DNA of 64,000 nucleotides from Lama glama (taxonomy: Eukaryota). The DNA is taken from contig CM052816.1 of the NCBI GenBank assembly GCA_028534125.1, positions 51,400,001-51,464,000 on the forward strand. The letters are read 5' to 3'. Made by a program: the position numbers and the translations under genes. The notes below the pieces were generated by a model. It saw only the letters and a program-made list of their open reading frames with translations, was not told where the DNA came from and made no database searches. Shown here in pieces: positions 37,010 to 49,550 of this stretch. How positions within the stretch are numbered: the stretch's first letter is position 1; each line of letters begins with the position of its first letter.

Positions 37010-37438
37010 GCAGAGGCTTACATTGAACTGGCTCTTGAAACCAATTGTGCACATCTCTTTCCAACTCCTTTTTCAAATGTCAGGTTGGTTGCTTCAAGTT
37101 GGCCGTGGTGGACATATTTATACCACAAAAATTGGCAAGTACTACAAATCAAGGCTCCGCCAGGCCAGTATGCTGGTCCGAGCCCCTCCTGTTCACTTCA
37201 GCACACCCCGCATCATCATTCAGATTTAATTTTGGTTCTTCCCTTCCACTGCATCTCTTCCCCTCTCTCACCATCCTTCATGGGAAAGAAGTAATCGGGG
37301 TGTGGATTGGTCCACACAGGCAGTAGATCAAACTGGAAAATGGGGCTCAATGTCCTGTTTGATGATATAAGTCACATCCACATGAGCATCCTGGACTAAT
37401 TCCTCCCCCGTAGTTAAGCACTTACCACCACACAACTG
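37010..37438 (+). mobile_element. MER63-like hAT element, split by an insert and nested in a MIR
   Basis: attgtgcacatctctttccaactcc...tttataccacaaaaattggcaagtactacaaatcaaggct, resuming at ~37405 with gtagttaagcacttaccaccacacaactg; MIR halves flank it. Confidence 0.6.
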
Positions 37439-37649
37439 TTTACATTGTAGGTTGTTATGAAGATTCAGTTAACTGATAGGTGCCCGGCACATAGTAGGTG
37501 TTCAACAACAGGTTAATTCCTTTCCTTGTTTACATGAGAAAGCTTCAGTTCAGAATGGGTTTAGTAACTTTGCTTAAGGATGCTCAGCTGCTTACTGGCA
37601 GAGCAAGACCTGGGACCTCTGACTCACAGTAGAGGTGGTTCTGTGAAAC

Positions 37650-38121
37650 CAGTGGTTCTCAAAGTGTGGGCCTAGGCGTCCTGGGCAAGTCTTCCCTTTT
37701 CCAGCTACATATTTGTATGAGGCTGGGTTTCTTCATACACTTTAACCAAAACAATATAACGCAATAAGTTAAATGCAGATGCAAATATGAGAATTCTACC
37801 ATATTCTATTAAGCCAGGCATTAAAGAGATTTGCAAAAATGTTAATGAATGACATACTTCTCACCAATTATTTTTATTTTGGAAAACAGCTATTTTTTTT
37901 ATAAAAATATGTTACATGAACATATTTGTTAGCATGATTATTTTGAAAGAAATTCAAAAATATATAATTAAATGTCTCATTCTTTATTTCTAATATGATC
38001 TGTGTATTTCTCTAAAGCATGATATCTAGAGCTATGACCCATGTAAACAAAACCTCTTTTACATTCTTAATTTGTAAGAGTGTAAAAGGGTCCTGAAACC
38101 AAAAACATCTGAGGACAGTTG
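37650..38121 (+). mobile_element. hAT-Charlie element, internally deleted, with decayed transposase dimerisation domain
   Basis: Left TIR cagtggttctcaaag, degenerate right TIR tctgaggacagttg; frameshifted peptide FPATYLYEAGF/SSYTLTKTI*RNKLNADANMRILPYSIKPGIKEICK. Confidence 0.8.
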
Positions 38122-38348
38122 TATATATATATATATTAAAATATCCTGCCTTCTAATACTTCACAGTACTTTGTGTATCAAATAGGGAGAAGAAATTACA
38201 GCCATGAACAGTCTTTAAACTCTTGAATAACTTAGTATGTGCCAGAATAGAACATTTTGAATCTAGGAATTTTGAAAGAGTGCCTGAGTTCAAAAACAGT
38301 TGGATTAAAGTTGGTGTGTTGGGGAAGGCCCACTCTGGCTTTAGCCGG

Positions 38349-38976
38349 TGATGGTTAGTTTTATGTTTCAACCTGGCTGGGCTGCCAGGTGCCCAGATAA
38401 CTGGTCAAACATTATTCTAGGTATTTTTGTGAGAGCGTTTCTAGGTGAGACTTACATTTAGATTGCTGTACTTTGAGTAAAGCAAATTGCTCTTCTATAA
38501 AGTGGGTGAGCCTCATCCAATCAGTTGAAGGCCTGAATAGAACAAAAGACTGACTTTACCTGAGTGAGAAGGAATTCTGCCAGCAGACAGCCTTCAAGTG
38601 TAACATGGGCTATTTTCTGGGTCTTCAGCATGCTGGCCCATCCTAGAGATCTTGGACTTGCATCTATAATCATATGAGCCATGAGAGCCAACTGTTTAAA
38701 ATAAATCTCAATTCAATTTCCTTCTCTCTCTCTTTCTCCCTCTTTCTCTCTCTCTCTACCCCCCATCTCTATACATATATATACACACATACACACATAT
38801 ATACACACACACATGTGTATACATATATATACACATATACATATATATGTAGATGTAGATGTATATAACAGAACCAATAAGATATATGTATATTTATATG
38901 TAATATGTACATGTATATTGTATATACATATTTCTTATTGGTTCTGTTTCTTCTTTGAAGAACCCTGGCCAATACA
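38349..38976 (+). mobile_element. ERVL solo LTR (MLT2B/D-like) with expanded internal microsatellite
   Basis: tgatggttagttttatgtttcaacctggctgggc...cctcatccaatcagttgaaggcctgaatagaacaaaag...ttggttctgtttct...agaaccctggccaataca. Confidence 0.9.
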
Positions 38977-39292
38977 GCAGTAAATTCGGGGACAGATTAG
39001 GGCCTAATGTCCTTGGGAGGTTGAGGCCTTTCAGCTCCTGTTAGGTGGGAAGCTTCAATTCTGGGAAGGTGGAACATCTTCCTTTATCTCAGTTCTTCAG
39101 GGCCAGGTCAGAGGGTCTTTAGCTGGGGAGGGCCGTCCCTGCCCAATGGGCAGCCCAGACTATTGGCCCTCTTCCCTTTACACCCTACTCCCCTCTCGCT
39201 GTGCCACAGTGAGGGGCTAAATTAAGTTTACTTCAGGTCCTTTGATCCTGTTAGAAATTTCTTTAGGGAAAAAAATATATATAATTAAATTT

Positions 39293-39322
39293 ATAGATAG
39301 ATAGATAGAGAGATAGATAGAT
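39293..39322. repeat. (GATA)n tetranucleotide repeat
   Basis: atagatagatagatagagagatagatagat. Confidence 0.85.
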
Positions 39323-40290
39323 TTACATATAATTCCACAGGAATACTTCAGTGAGAATGGGTTTTGTTAGAGCGTCAGTTGTTATGCATGCATCAGAATC
39401 TTCTCAGGGTGTCTGGGGCTGGGTTGTGAAAGGAGTTGAAAGGCAACTACATACTCAGTGAGAGGTGTCATCAGGCTCTGAATGAGCAGGGCAGGCAGGC
39501 AGAGGGCTCAGGAACAGACTCTTCACCACTCCCAGTTTTGCTTGGGGTTGGTTAACCCAGCCTATGCCGATACAGTGTAATTCAGTATTTGCTTGTTTGT
39601 TTTTAAATCTGAATATATAGGAACTAGTTTCCTGGAGGATTGATCAGTTGAGGTATCTTAGACCCTTGGCCATGGGCCATAAAATGCACTTGACCTGAGT
39701 GTGATATAAATATCTTCCACTCCATTGATGTATTGATTTGTTTTCATTTTACTGTCTCTATGTACCATACACATCCATATCCCAGTCTAAGTTCCCAGGG
39801 GGACAAGGGCTGGCTTAGAGAAATTCTCTGAGCAAATAAGAGCCCAAAGAGGGAACAACTTTATGTTTATCCAGTACCAAAAATGTGGCAGGCATTTACA
39901 AATTAAACCTATCTGATCTTCACCACATTTTACAGATAAAGGAGCTGAATCTCGGACAGGTTCTATATGTAGCATGGAATGTTATTTTAAAAGCATTTCC
40001 TGCTGTCTTTCTCCCTTTTGGTAAGTTAGGGGTTTATTTTTGATCTGTTTGTCTCCTTGAAACTCTAATACCATTGAGACCAAGCACAGAGATGGAGAGT
40101 GACCAGCCTAAGGAAGGGGGAAGGAAAATGAATGAGAGAAGAAAGTAAAAGGGGAGGGGAGAATGGACATAAAAAACTCCTCAAATAGACAATTCAAAAC
40201 TGAAAGATGCTGAGTAGTGTTGAATGCAAAAATTTAACCTTTTTTCCTACTTCTGAGTGGGAATGGGAGTTAGAAACTAAAAATACTTAA

Positions 40291-40598
40291 CAGTATTTTT
40301 CAAACTTCTTTGATCACTACTCACAATAAGTGGTGCATCTGACATTGCAACCAGTAAATATACGTGTGTGTATACACCTCCACCCCACTGCGCGCGCACA
40401 CACACACACACACATACACACACACACACACACATCTGAAACAAGCTTCATGAAACAATACTTAATCCTTATAATATGCAAAGAACTCTATTATTTTCTA
40501 TTCTGTTCTATTCTATTTCTTTTTTTAAAAATGTTTGTCGAGCCTATACATAGATTTCATGACCCAGTAATGATTGCCAATCCTGGGAAGACACAGAG
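40291..40598 (+). mobile_element. hAT-Charlie MITE (MER112-like) with internal (CA)n
   Basis: cagtatttttcaaactt...ctgaaacaagcttcatgaaacaatactta...gatttcatgacccagtaatg. Confidence 0.6.
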
Positions 40599-42513
40599 TT
40601 ATAGAAAAGCTATTTTTTGACCCACCTGAGTAACTTGCTCAAGGTCATGCAGTGTAGTGAAAGAGGATCTGGCATTTACCCTACACTTACTATGCTACGT
40701 GTGAAGGAGCCCCAGGGAGAAGTCCCACCCATCAGTTAGAAATACCCAAGATACAACCAGCCTTCATCTCGCAGACTATCCCAGTGCATATGGGATACAC
40801 ATTTTCTCCCCCGACTACTGGGACCCTATCTGCTCTCAGCTACAAAATGTTTCTTCCTAGACAAGTTATGGAACTATGGGGCTGCAGGCAAAATACTGAA
40901 CTTTAATTGAGAATGATCAAAGAGAATAAAAGAAAAGGCCATTCTCCCCACTGTAAGGGGAGCTTCCTATGCAGGTGTATCTTGTTCAGGAGAAAAACAC
41001 AACATATACCAAGTTCAAGGAGGAAAGGAAATTTTATAAACTCTCTTCCCTCTGGGCCACCTAATCGTTTGCTCAGCTAGTCCATACTCCGTTAGGATGA
41101 GGATGAGGGGGAGCACTGAGCCAGGGCCAAAAGGGCAATTCTCCCTTTGCTGACTTGCTTCTGTAAGTCACCTTATTTGGAAGACACTCCACACCTTCTT
41201 GGAAGATTTTTCTCCTCTGTTTCTTTCTTTCATTTTCCCTCTTGCCAATTTTACTTTGGGGTGGTTTAAAATATGGAAGGAAAAATGAAAAACCCTCTGT
41301 TTCCATGAAGCAAGTGAGTGAAACTCTTCCTGAGGAGAAAGGCTGGTTGCCCAGGAACCTGACTTCCCAAACATCTCCTCTGACGGAACTGAAGTCTTTA
41401 TCTTTAATATACACACTCCTTTCCCTTCAGAGTGTTTCTAGGCTGTGGTGATCCCTCCGGGGGAAGGCCTAGAATAAAACTGGTCTGAAATTCCCCTCAT
41501 TCTTCCAGTTGCTTGTCTGCTCTGCTCCCTCTCTTAGATTCCTTGCATTCCTCTTGCTGGACCAGGGAAGGGGGTTGGCGGGAGGAAGCTGCCGGCTCCT
41601 AATCTCCAGGCCCTGAGGGATCTGGCCCCTGCCTCTGTTACTTCCTCACTCAGGCTCTCAGCCCCAGTCACTCTGGTCTCCTTGCAGTTTGGGGAACAAA
41701 AAGGAGAGTCTTTCCTGCCTCCGAGCCGTTGCATAAGCTCTTCCCTTGGTTCTTCAGAGATCTTCTCCTTTGGGGCCTCAGCTTAGAGACTGCATATTTA
41801 GGGAGATTTTCTTCAATCATATCCTCTAAAATAGGTCTCCTTTGTTCTTCTCTATCTTGGCCTTGGTTTCTCTCATGATACCAACCACAATTTGTTAATA
41901 GTTTACTTAATTGTCTTTGTTTCTGCCTCCTCTACTACAATGAAAGCATCCAAAAGACATAATCAATCCTACAAAGTAGACAGTGTGCCCTCCCCCTACC
42001 CTTACATATTAAGAAATCTCATTTGTCTTGTGATTAAGATACTGTTGGCAACCTTCAACAAAGTAAGTTCTTTGCCAGGCTCTTCTCTCTCCCCCACTAA
42101 AATTATTCATTCAATCACTCATTCATTCACTCATCCAGTCCGCAGACATACCGAGTGCCCTCGGAGTTATTTTGCACCAGACGCTGTGCTACAGTGATGA
42201 ACAAGGCAGTTCTTGCTCCCTTTACTCCATGTTGCAGCCACCCAGAAGAATCATTTTCAAGAGCATTTCTCTGCTAAAAAGTCTTCATCAGTTTCCAAAC
42301 GTCTTCTGGGTGAAATCTGAGCTCTTCAACATGGAGAGCAGGGCAGGCCCTCTTTGACTGGGCCCCTCCTTCCTCCCCAACCACATCTTTTGGTCCTCCT
42401 CTCCTGCTCTAGGCTCTGCTGGGTAACTAAGTACAGGCAGTCCTCTGGAGGGCAGGCAAGTAGCAACAACAAAGGTCTCTTGGGCTTGCTTTTTCTGTTC
42501 TCCTTCTTGCTTG

Positions 42514-42542
42514 CTCTCTCTCTCTCTCTCTTTCTCTTTCTG

Positions 42543-42597
<55 letters not shown>

Positions 42598-42600
42598 TAC
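42514..42600. repeat. Compound (TC)n(AC)n microsatellite
   Basis: Visible dinucleotide runs. Confidence 0.95.
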
Positions 42601-43673
42601 AGCCTGGGACAATCACTTACAACAATGGCTTCTGGGTTCTCAAAGAGAAGCTCAGCAGACGTATTTCTCTGCTGGTTGGTCAGACAGGACTTTGCCCCTA
42701 CCTGCTGGGCTGTGGACTTTTCCTAACTGAGATTTCAGTCCCAGTGCAGCAGGTCAGAGGTTGAGCTGGCCCTGTGGCTTGAGGATAGACCTCCATAGAG
42801 AGTCCTACTCTTACTGTGGCTGGTGGTATCAACAAAGGCATGAACTGTGCTCACGCAAGGATGCTAAATGTCCACCAAATGCTAAAGAGGAGGATGTCAC
42901 TAGCTACAAACCCAAGAGCTTTTTATCAAGAAGCATTTCCTCTGGATAAGGCAGCACCTTGGGTTCAGGAGAAGGGAATTTAGGTCTTTGCAATTTATCT
43001 ATATTTATCTCTTACTTTCAAGTCCACCTCTCTTCTGGATTGCTTACATAGACCCTTATAAAACTTCCCATTTTTCATTTTTTGTGCTACTTGAGGCTTG
43101 TTTTTAATTTTTTTCCCCCCTTGGGAGAATACCATGAACAAAAAGAATTTTTTCAGCTTTTCTGGAAACTTGCAGTGGCTTGTCTTCTAAATGCTTTATA
43201 TTTCAGTTTCTTCATCTATAAAATAGAGAATTAGCAAAATTAATGAACATTTGTCTTTCATAAAATGTCTTATACAATAAATGCTATGCAAGTAATATTC
43301 TATGTAGTGATAGCATTTTGTTAGTGTTTATTAACATAATTTGAATTTTCTATTAATTGGAATTAATCCTGTTTATAAGGAGAGATCTTTCCAATTAAAT
43401 CACTGGTGCACGACTTTGGGTGGCTGAAGCCTTCATTTTGCTTTACCGCTAATGAAATGGGTTTCTACTCTATTTTTGGTAAATTCTTAATTTGTATCTT
43501 CCTTCGGCCACTTTCAATGAAGAAGTCTCACCTTTTATATAATCTCTCTAAACATTATTATTCGTATTGGAATTTTTTCTTTGATATTATGCCAATTCTG
43601 ACTATTGAAAATTACAGCTAAATGTTAATAGCATTGTTTATTGAAGATAATGCTACTGTATGCTTTAAGATTT

Positions 43674-43885
43674 TATTTATTTATTTATTTATTTAAGGTT
43701 AGACTTTATTTTATCACCCATATTCTATTTTCATTCCCTGAGAATTGTTTTTATTTGGGGCGGTGGAGGGAGGGTGAGGTAATTAGGTTTATTTATTTGT
43801 TCATTTTAATGGAAGTACTGGGGATTGAACCTAGGACTTTCTGCATGCTAAGCAAGTGCTCTACCACTGAGATATACCCTCTCCC
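43674..43885 (-). mobile_element. tRNA-derived SINE (Vic-1-like) with ~60-nt 3' extension and (TAAA)n tail
   Basis: SINE body ~43756-43885; TSD ttaagattt at 43665-43673 and 43886-43894 encloses body, extension and tail. Confidence 0.85.
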
Positions 43886-46479
43886 TTAAGATTTCAAAAT
43901 AAAAACAAATAACCTTTCATTAAGCCACTATGTTAGTAAATCATATTTTACTTTTATTCTGGATTCATGATGTTCCTTCTCCTAAGAATTAAAATTACTT
44001 TGAATACAACTAGCCCCAAATGGTAATGAACTACAAAGCTATTTGTACTTCTAGTTTTCTCATAAGTAAATGTCCACCTGGTTCTAACATTGACCTGTTT
44101 TAATGCTTATTTCCCCACCTACAAGCCTTTTAACCATTGTATAATCTTTTCTTTTCTTGAAAAGTGCGTTTTTTAAACATTCCTAGATATGTCTTGAATC
44201 TAAATCTCAGCTGCTTTCTAAACAGGGTTTGCTAGTCACTGAAGTCATATATATGACATTGTATAAGTTGGAGTATCAATTTGTCCCTAGGTGGTACCAA
44301 TAAAATTAGCAGCTACAGAGGGCTACAATATGCCCTGACCTCCTGTGCCTATTTGCTAACTTGATGGTTTAGAGATGCTTTGAATTTGAACCCATTTGTC
44401 TTTTGATCTAGACATTTTATTGCAGTCAGGAATCACCCAAGCTGACTTCTTCTGGACAAAAAAATTCTAGACTATCCTTCCCCCATCCTAAAACAAGAGC
44501 TTCCAAATAATTCAGGGAGAGATACTAGCTCTATTCTTCCTGTTTTTCAGATACCATATTAAATAGATTAAAATCTTGGGGGCAGGTTTCAAGATGATTT
44601 TTAAGGTATATAGTCCATAACTGTCAATTAGGAGGCTCTTAATAAATAACCACCCCTCTTCCCTTTAACTTCTGGGACTGGTACAAACTTGAACTAGATC
44701 CTCCAGGATGTCTCTAAATCAATATGGTTGTTTAAACACTAAACAAAATCAGTCTCTGTGCATCAAATAATCTGCCCATAAATTGGCTGGAATGCTGCAG
44801 AATCAGGCAATGTTCTGAATGGCTCATCATCAGTACACTTTCTTGGCTCACTGTCTCCTTGATAGATACCTATGGAAATATGTGGGCCTGAGGTTAACTC
44901 ATATTAAGTGTTTAGCATGATGGCTGGCTCATAACTGCTTAACACATTAGTGTCTACTTTCTTACTTCTTGAAAAGATTTGGAGTATGAGAAAGCTAGGG
45001 AAAATATGGCAGGAACATAGCCAATAGACTCCAGGTGAGGGGAAAATTATTTAGCATCATTTTCCCCTTCAAGAGCAGAAGAGTCCTAGTCCGCACATCT
45101 CTTGGGCCTAAAGTGACTCCAGTATCAAAGCTCTGCCAGCTGCCACCCGCCATGCTGTATCAGATGTGCGAGGGAGAGCAGTACGGATTCTGAAACCGCC
45201 CCACTGCAAAGTCTGGGGCGTTGGTGATAAGAGCTCCTGCAAAAAAAAAAAAAAAGCCATAAGGATAAGGTGAAAAGTGGGGAATTTTGAGCAGTAATTT
45301 TCTGCAATCTGAGAAGCAAAAGGAATTGTGTAAATTGTGAAGTTGCTCCCTCACAAAGCTTTCTGTATGGTCCTGACAGTCACCTTGAAGTCACTTGTAA
45401 ATACTGATGGTTTGACCTATAATCCATTCAAACCAAAAACATTAGTCAGTTTTGTAAAATTTACTCAAGTTTTTGGAAGGAAGATCAAGGAAGGTATTAC
45501 ACTGCACCCTGTGTGTGACACACTCTTGTAAACCTTCTTTCTATTCAACAGGGCTTCTCTGCCCAAGGTTCTCTGGCATGCCACTTAGACCCATAGCTCA
45601 GCAGACCTTCTTTTCTTTTCTGCCCCTTCCCCCACTGTAATGCATTACTGTAATGTAATACTCAGCCTTCCAGTCCCCACCCTTCCTCCTCCAATCTCTT
45701 AAAATTGCTTTATGCATAGCCATTTCACCAAACTTCTCCACTTTCTCCAAACTTGCCTAGTCACATGCAGTGCTCAGCACAAAATAACTCTTTCAAAATA
45801 ACCCTGGGTTTTGTACGCGTGTTTGATAGGCTGGGATTGGTTTATCTCCTCAAGATATAACCAAGTGAGCCAGCTGATCCTTGCTGAATCCTGTCCCCCA
45901 AGGAAGGAAGATAAGGTCTCCAGACAATTTGGGGTTATTGGTTCTTTCACATTATAGACTCTTAGGAGCCTAACTTGTTTAGAAGTACAAAGCGAGTTTC
46001 AGGAAGATGTATACTTGTAAAAAGATATGCAATAGCCATATGTTCCCCTTGTCCTCTCGGATCATCCCAAATCACAAAACTTTTTACGCAAAAGCATTAT
46101 CAAAGTAGATCTAATGAAGATTTAGTAGGATGGCTGGAGGAAAGAGTTTTTAATCACACACCACATAGGAAACAACTTAATTAAAGCTCCATTGGGCATT
46201 TTCCTCTAAAGTCCCTTAATAGGTGGGCCATCAGCTGGACTCTTCTTTTCTTTGAGCTTTTCCTCCCAGAAGCCCTTGGTCTTGTACCTGCCTGTTCTCC
46301 CTCTTTCATTAAGCAGTCTTCTTCATCTGCACAAAGCCTGGACCCCAGTGGAAGTCTTGCTCCTACCCCGTAGCAAACTTATCAGATTGTTATAGCAAAG
46401 CAAGCCTCTTCCTACAAAGGGATTCTCACACCAGCTGGCAAGAAGATAGTGCTTTCTCCATATATTACCAATCATTTAT

Positions 46480-46995
46480 TATTTGAAAGGTAATGTATTT
46501 GTTGAATTTAAGCATATATATTCAGATTCATCTTTTCAGCAGATAATTCCTAAGAGTTTTTTATCTGCCAGGCAATAGGATAGAAGCTGAGGCTACAGCA
46601 ATGAGCAAGACCCAGTACCTCCCCTCAGTGAGCTTACTGTCTAGTAGGGAAGAAGGACAAGAAAACACACCTTTCAACTCAAGAGTGCTAAGTGTGATAT
46701 TGGGGGATATATTGGTTGTTAGGAGAACACTTTCAAGAGTCACCCCATCCCCTCTTGAGGGCGGAAGGTAGAGAAGACTTTGCAGAGAAAGTGTTGGGGA
46801 GGAGGCAGCATTTAAGTAAAGAAAGAACAGGGCCAAGACACAGAGGGGAGAAGGAACACAGCCTGCCCCAGGCTGGAACACTGCACTGTGGTTGCAACAT
46901 ACAAAGGATGAGGAGGGGAACTGAAGAAAAAGATGAAGCTGGAGAAGGAAGCATGGCTGGTCAGACATGGTCTACAATGCCAATTGATGAGTTTG
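46480..46995 (-). mobile_element. L2 LINE fragment
   Basis: cagtacctcccctcagtgagcttactgtctagtaggg...gcctgccccaggctggaaca...gaagctggaga. Confidence 0.6.
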
Positions 46996-47739
46996 AATTG
47001 GTTGGTTGGTTGGTTGGTTGGTTTGCCTGAAGTTAGTGGAACAGATTTTGTGCAGGCAGGCAGCATAGTTGGATTTCAATTCTTTAGGGAAAAAAATATC
47101 TTGGATGAAATATAAGCCAAACAAAACAAAGTATATGGGTGATAACTGTTGTCTGAATTGTGCCCAAAGTTCTGTAAAAGTGCTGTGAGGGGCTGGGTAC
47201 CCCCCATGGCTGATGTGGGCTCAGGAAGGCTTTCTAGAGCAGGTGGTCTGGGGTGTGAGGAGACATTTCAGCAGTGCAAAACCCGGCCTCCTAAACGTAT
47301 TGGTTTTTTTCCAATGCACATCTTTTAATTCGTGAGAACTTTGAAGACAGTAGTACTCAATATCTTTTAAGGCCACAGTCCCATTTTTCATTTATCTGAA
47401 GCTCTTGATGGCTTTCTTTCTTGTCAGGGATATGAATATGAAGGAATATTAGAGCCCAGATAATAACTTCCTTGAATAAATTATTATAAAATTTTCAACT
47501 TCAAGGAAAATCACCAACTACAATAATAATACCAGAAGCCTTAATCTAATTTTAATGTTTCCTGAATGATCTACAAAACCCCCAAATCCTACAAAAATGA
47601 AGTTTACATGATCATTAATATCTTTTTCAAGAGAAAATAGCTTCTCTCCTCTAATGAAAGCAATAAGGAAAACATTTTTGATAGAAATAAATGTCAAATT
47701 TTAATTTGTCAACAAAAGAACTTTTAAAAATATAACTAA

Positions 47740-47960
47740 ATAATGTTGAACACTTGCTATCTGCCAAATACGATTTTTGCATTTTGTGATTTAATACTCA
47801 GAAGAGTTCTATGAACTACATACTAGTAGTGCCATCATCCTCATTTTACTAATAAGGAGGCAGAGCTTCAGAAAGACTGTGTACTTTGCCTAAAGCCATG
47901 TAGTTACTAAGTAGGAGAGCTGGGATTTGAACCAGAGGTTATGTTTTATTTCTGATTGCT
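47740..47960 (-). mobile_element. MIR SINE
   Basis: catcctcattttactaataaggaggcagagc...actttgcctaaagccat...gagctgggatttgaacc. Confidence 0.75.
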
Positions 47961-48369
47961 GCAGCCCTCTTCTTAGCGATCTTGGGGATCTTAGCCCCTC
48001 CCTCTGAGCGAGACATTGGATCTCAGCTTAGCACAGGGCTAGAGTATGAACATATGTGTAGAAGAAGACTAGTACAGAAAGGAAAACTTGTATTTAATAA
48101 TTCTATCATTCCATCAGCAATTCAACAACTTAATTTTAACATTAACCTCCATAGCCTTCCATTCTCTCAGACCACCATCAACTTTATCGAAACCTGTGTG
48201 TGTGGGTAGGGCCTGAAATTACTTACTGTTCCTAGATTTACAATTCTATCCTATGGAATTATTTTCCATTCTCATCAATCTGTGGGACATTATTGATTAA
48301 GCAAGACTAAGTACTTTGCCCAACATGAATTGCTTTCAGTTGTTGGGAAGGGTTTTCTGTTTTGCAAGG

Positions 48370-48585
48370 AGTACAGTGTAATTAATGGTGAAAAGCAGCT
48401 CTGACTTTGAAGTCTGGCCATATCATTTACTAGCTGTATGTGCTTACAGAAGTTGAACTTCCCAGAGCTCCAGTTTCTTCATCTGTAAAATGAGAATAAT
48501 AAGACCTACCTTGCAATGTTCTTAAGGATTTGATTAGTTAACATCTGCAGGCACCTGCCAAGCATTTGATAAACAGCAGTTTTAT
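48370..48585 (+). mobile_element. MIR SINE
   Basis: catttactagctgtatg...cagtttcttcatctgtaaaatgagaataataagacctacct. Confidence 0.8.
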
Positions 48586-49202
48586 TTCTAGTGAAATCCT
48601 CTCTCTAATGCTATCATAGGTTAAATTATGGCAGTAGGTTTCTGGGCTCTGGCACAGTTTATTCACAAATATTTCCTCTTCTTTACATAGCATCATATAT
48701 GAAACTTTTCTAAATAAATGTTTGATTAAAAGGATGACGAGTGATTCTGGTGGTGATGATTAGAGAGGCTCAAACTGCCATCTATAAAATGTGTCTATCA
48801 GAATCAGATGCCCTCTTGGCTCTGTTTCATATTCAGAACTAGGTGGTTTTTCAGTAGGATGTCATTTGCTAGAATCCTGGAAGCCTCGGTCAGTTCACTC
48901 CCTGTTCACATGTTTGACTGTTGGCTTGAACCTGTGCCACAGACTCAATGGTGATATCTGCCTTTACAGCTCAGGAAATGGGTTGGTTTTTAGGCACAAT
49001 GCCAAGGGTCTGAATATAACGTACGTTTGAACTCAGACAAACGACAGGTTTATCCCCTTGTTGGTTAAAGGGTTGACTGCTTTTTACAACACAAGGATTC
49101 CCTCAGGATCAACCAGGCCTCCTTCCCTGGCAAACTGTACCGACTGTTCCTGCCCATGTATAGTGGGACCTAGATGACCTGAAAGACTCTGTGGTCCCCT
49201 CT

Positions 49203-49303
49203 TAATTTTAAGATATAATTCACATGTCATAAAATAAATCATTTAAAGTCTACAGTTTCGTGGTTCTTAGTGAATTCTCAAGGTTGTGCAACCATCACCA
49301 CTA
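49203..49303 (-). mobile_element. L1MA/MB-like 3'-terminal fragment
   Basis: gatataattcacatgtcataaaat...aggttgtgcaaccatcaccacta. Confidence 0.7.
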
Positions 49304-49468
49304 GACCTAGTGATTCTTACTTTTCCAAACACATACGCTTGATGGAAAAACAAAAATTTTCCTTAGTATCTCTCTTTAAAGAAGTTGCTGGTGCAAAAAA
49401 TCCAATTTTCTGTTTGCAGTGCTTTGCTCTTCAGGTCACTTTACTTTGCATATTTAAGTGAGTTCATT

Positions 49469-49550
49469 GGGGTCTGCTTTTAACTCATTCATGCAATAAA
49501 CTGAAAAGAGCCAAACAAACAAACAAACAAATAAACAAATAAATAAAATA
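49469..49550 (+). pseudogene. EIF1: Extremely 5'-truncated processed retrocopy of the EIF1 (SUI1) 3' UTR
   Basis: ggggtctgcttttaactcattcatgcAATAAActgaaaagagcc plus A-rich tail, between perfect 13-bp TSDs aagtgagttcatt (49456-49468, 49551-49563). It matches my recollection of the human EIF1 3' UTR (GGGGTCCGCTTTTAACT...TAACTCCTTCATGCAATAAACTGAAAAGAGCC). Confidence 0.75.

Noticed and set aside
42288..42764. ORFs of 102-136 aa with ER/SL/HT repeats
   Set aside because: Translations of the (TC)n(AC)n microsatellite.
23796..43885. tRNA genes at the three A-box/B-box elements
   Set aside because: They share a SINE body and A-rich tail and lack a complete acceptor stem; they are tRNA-derived SINEs.
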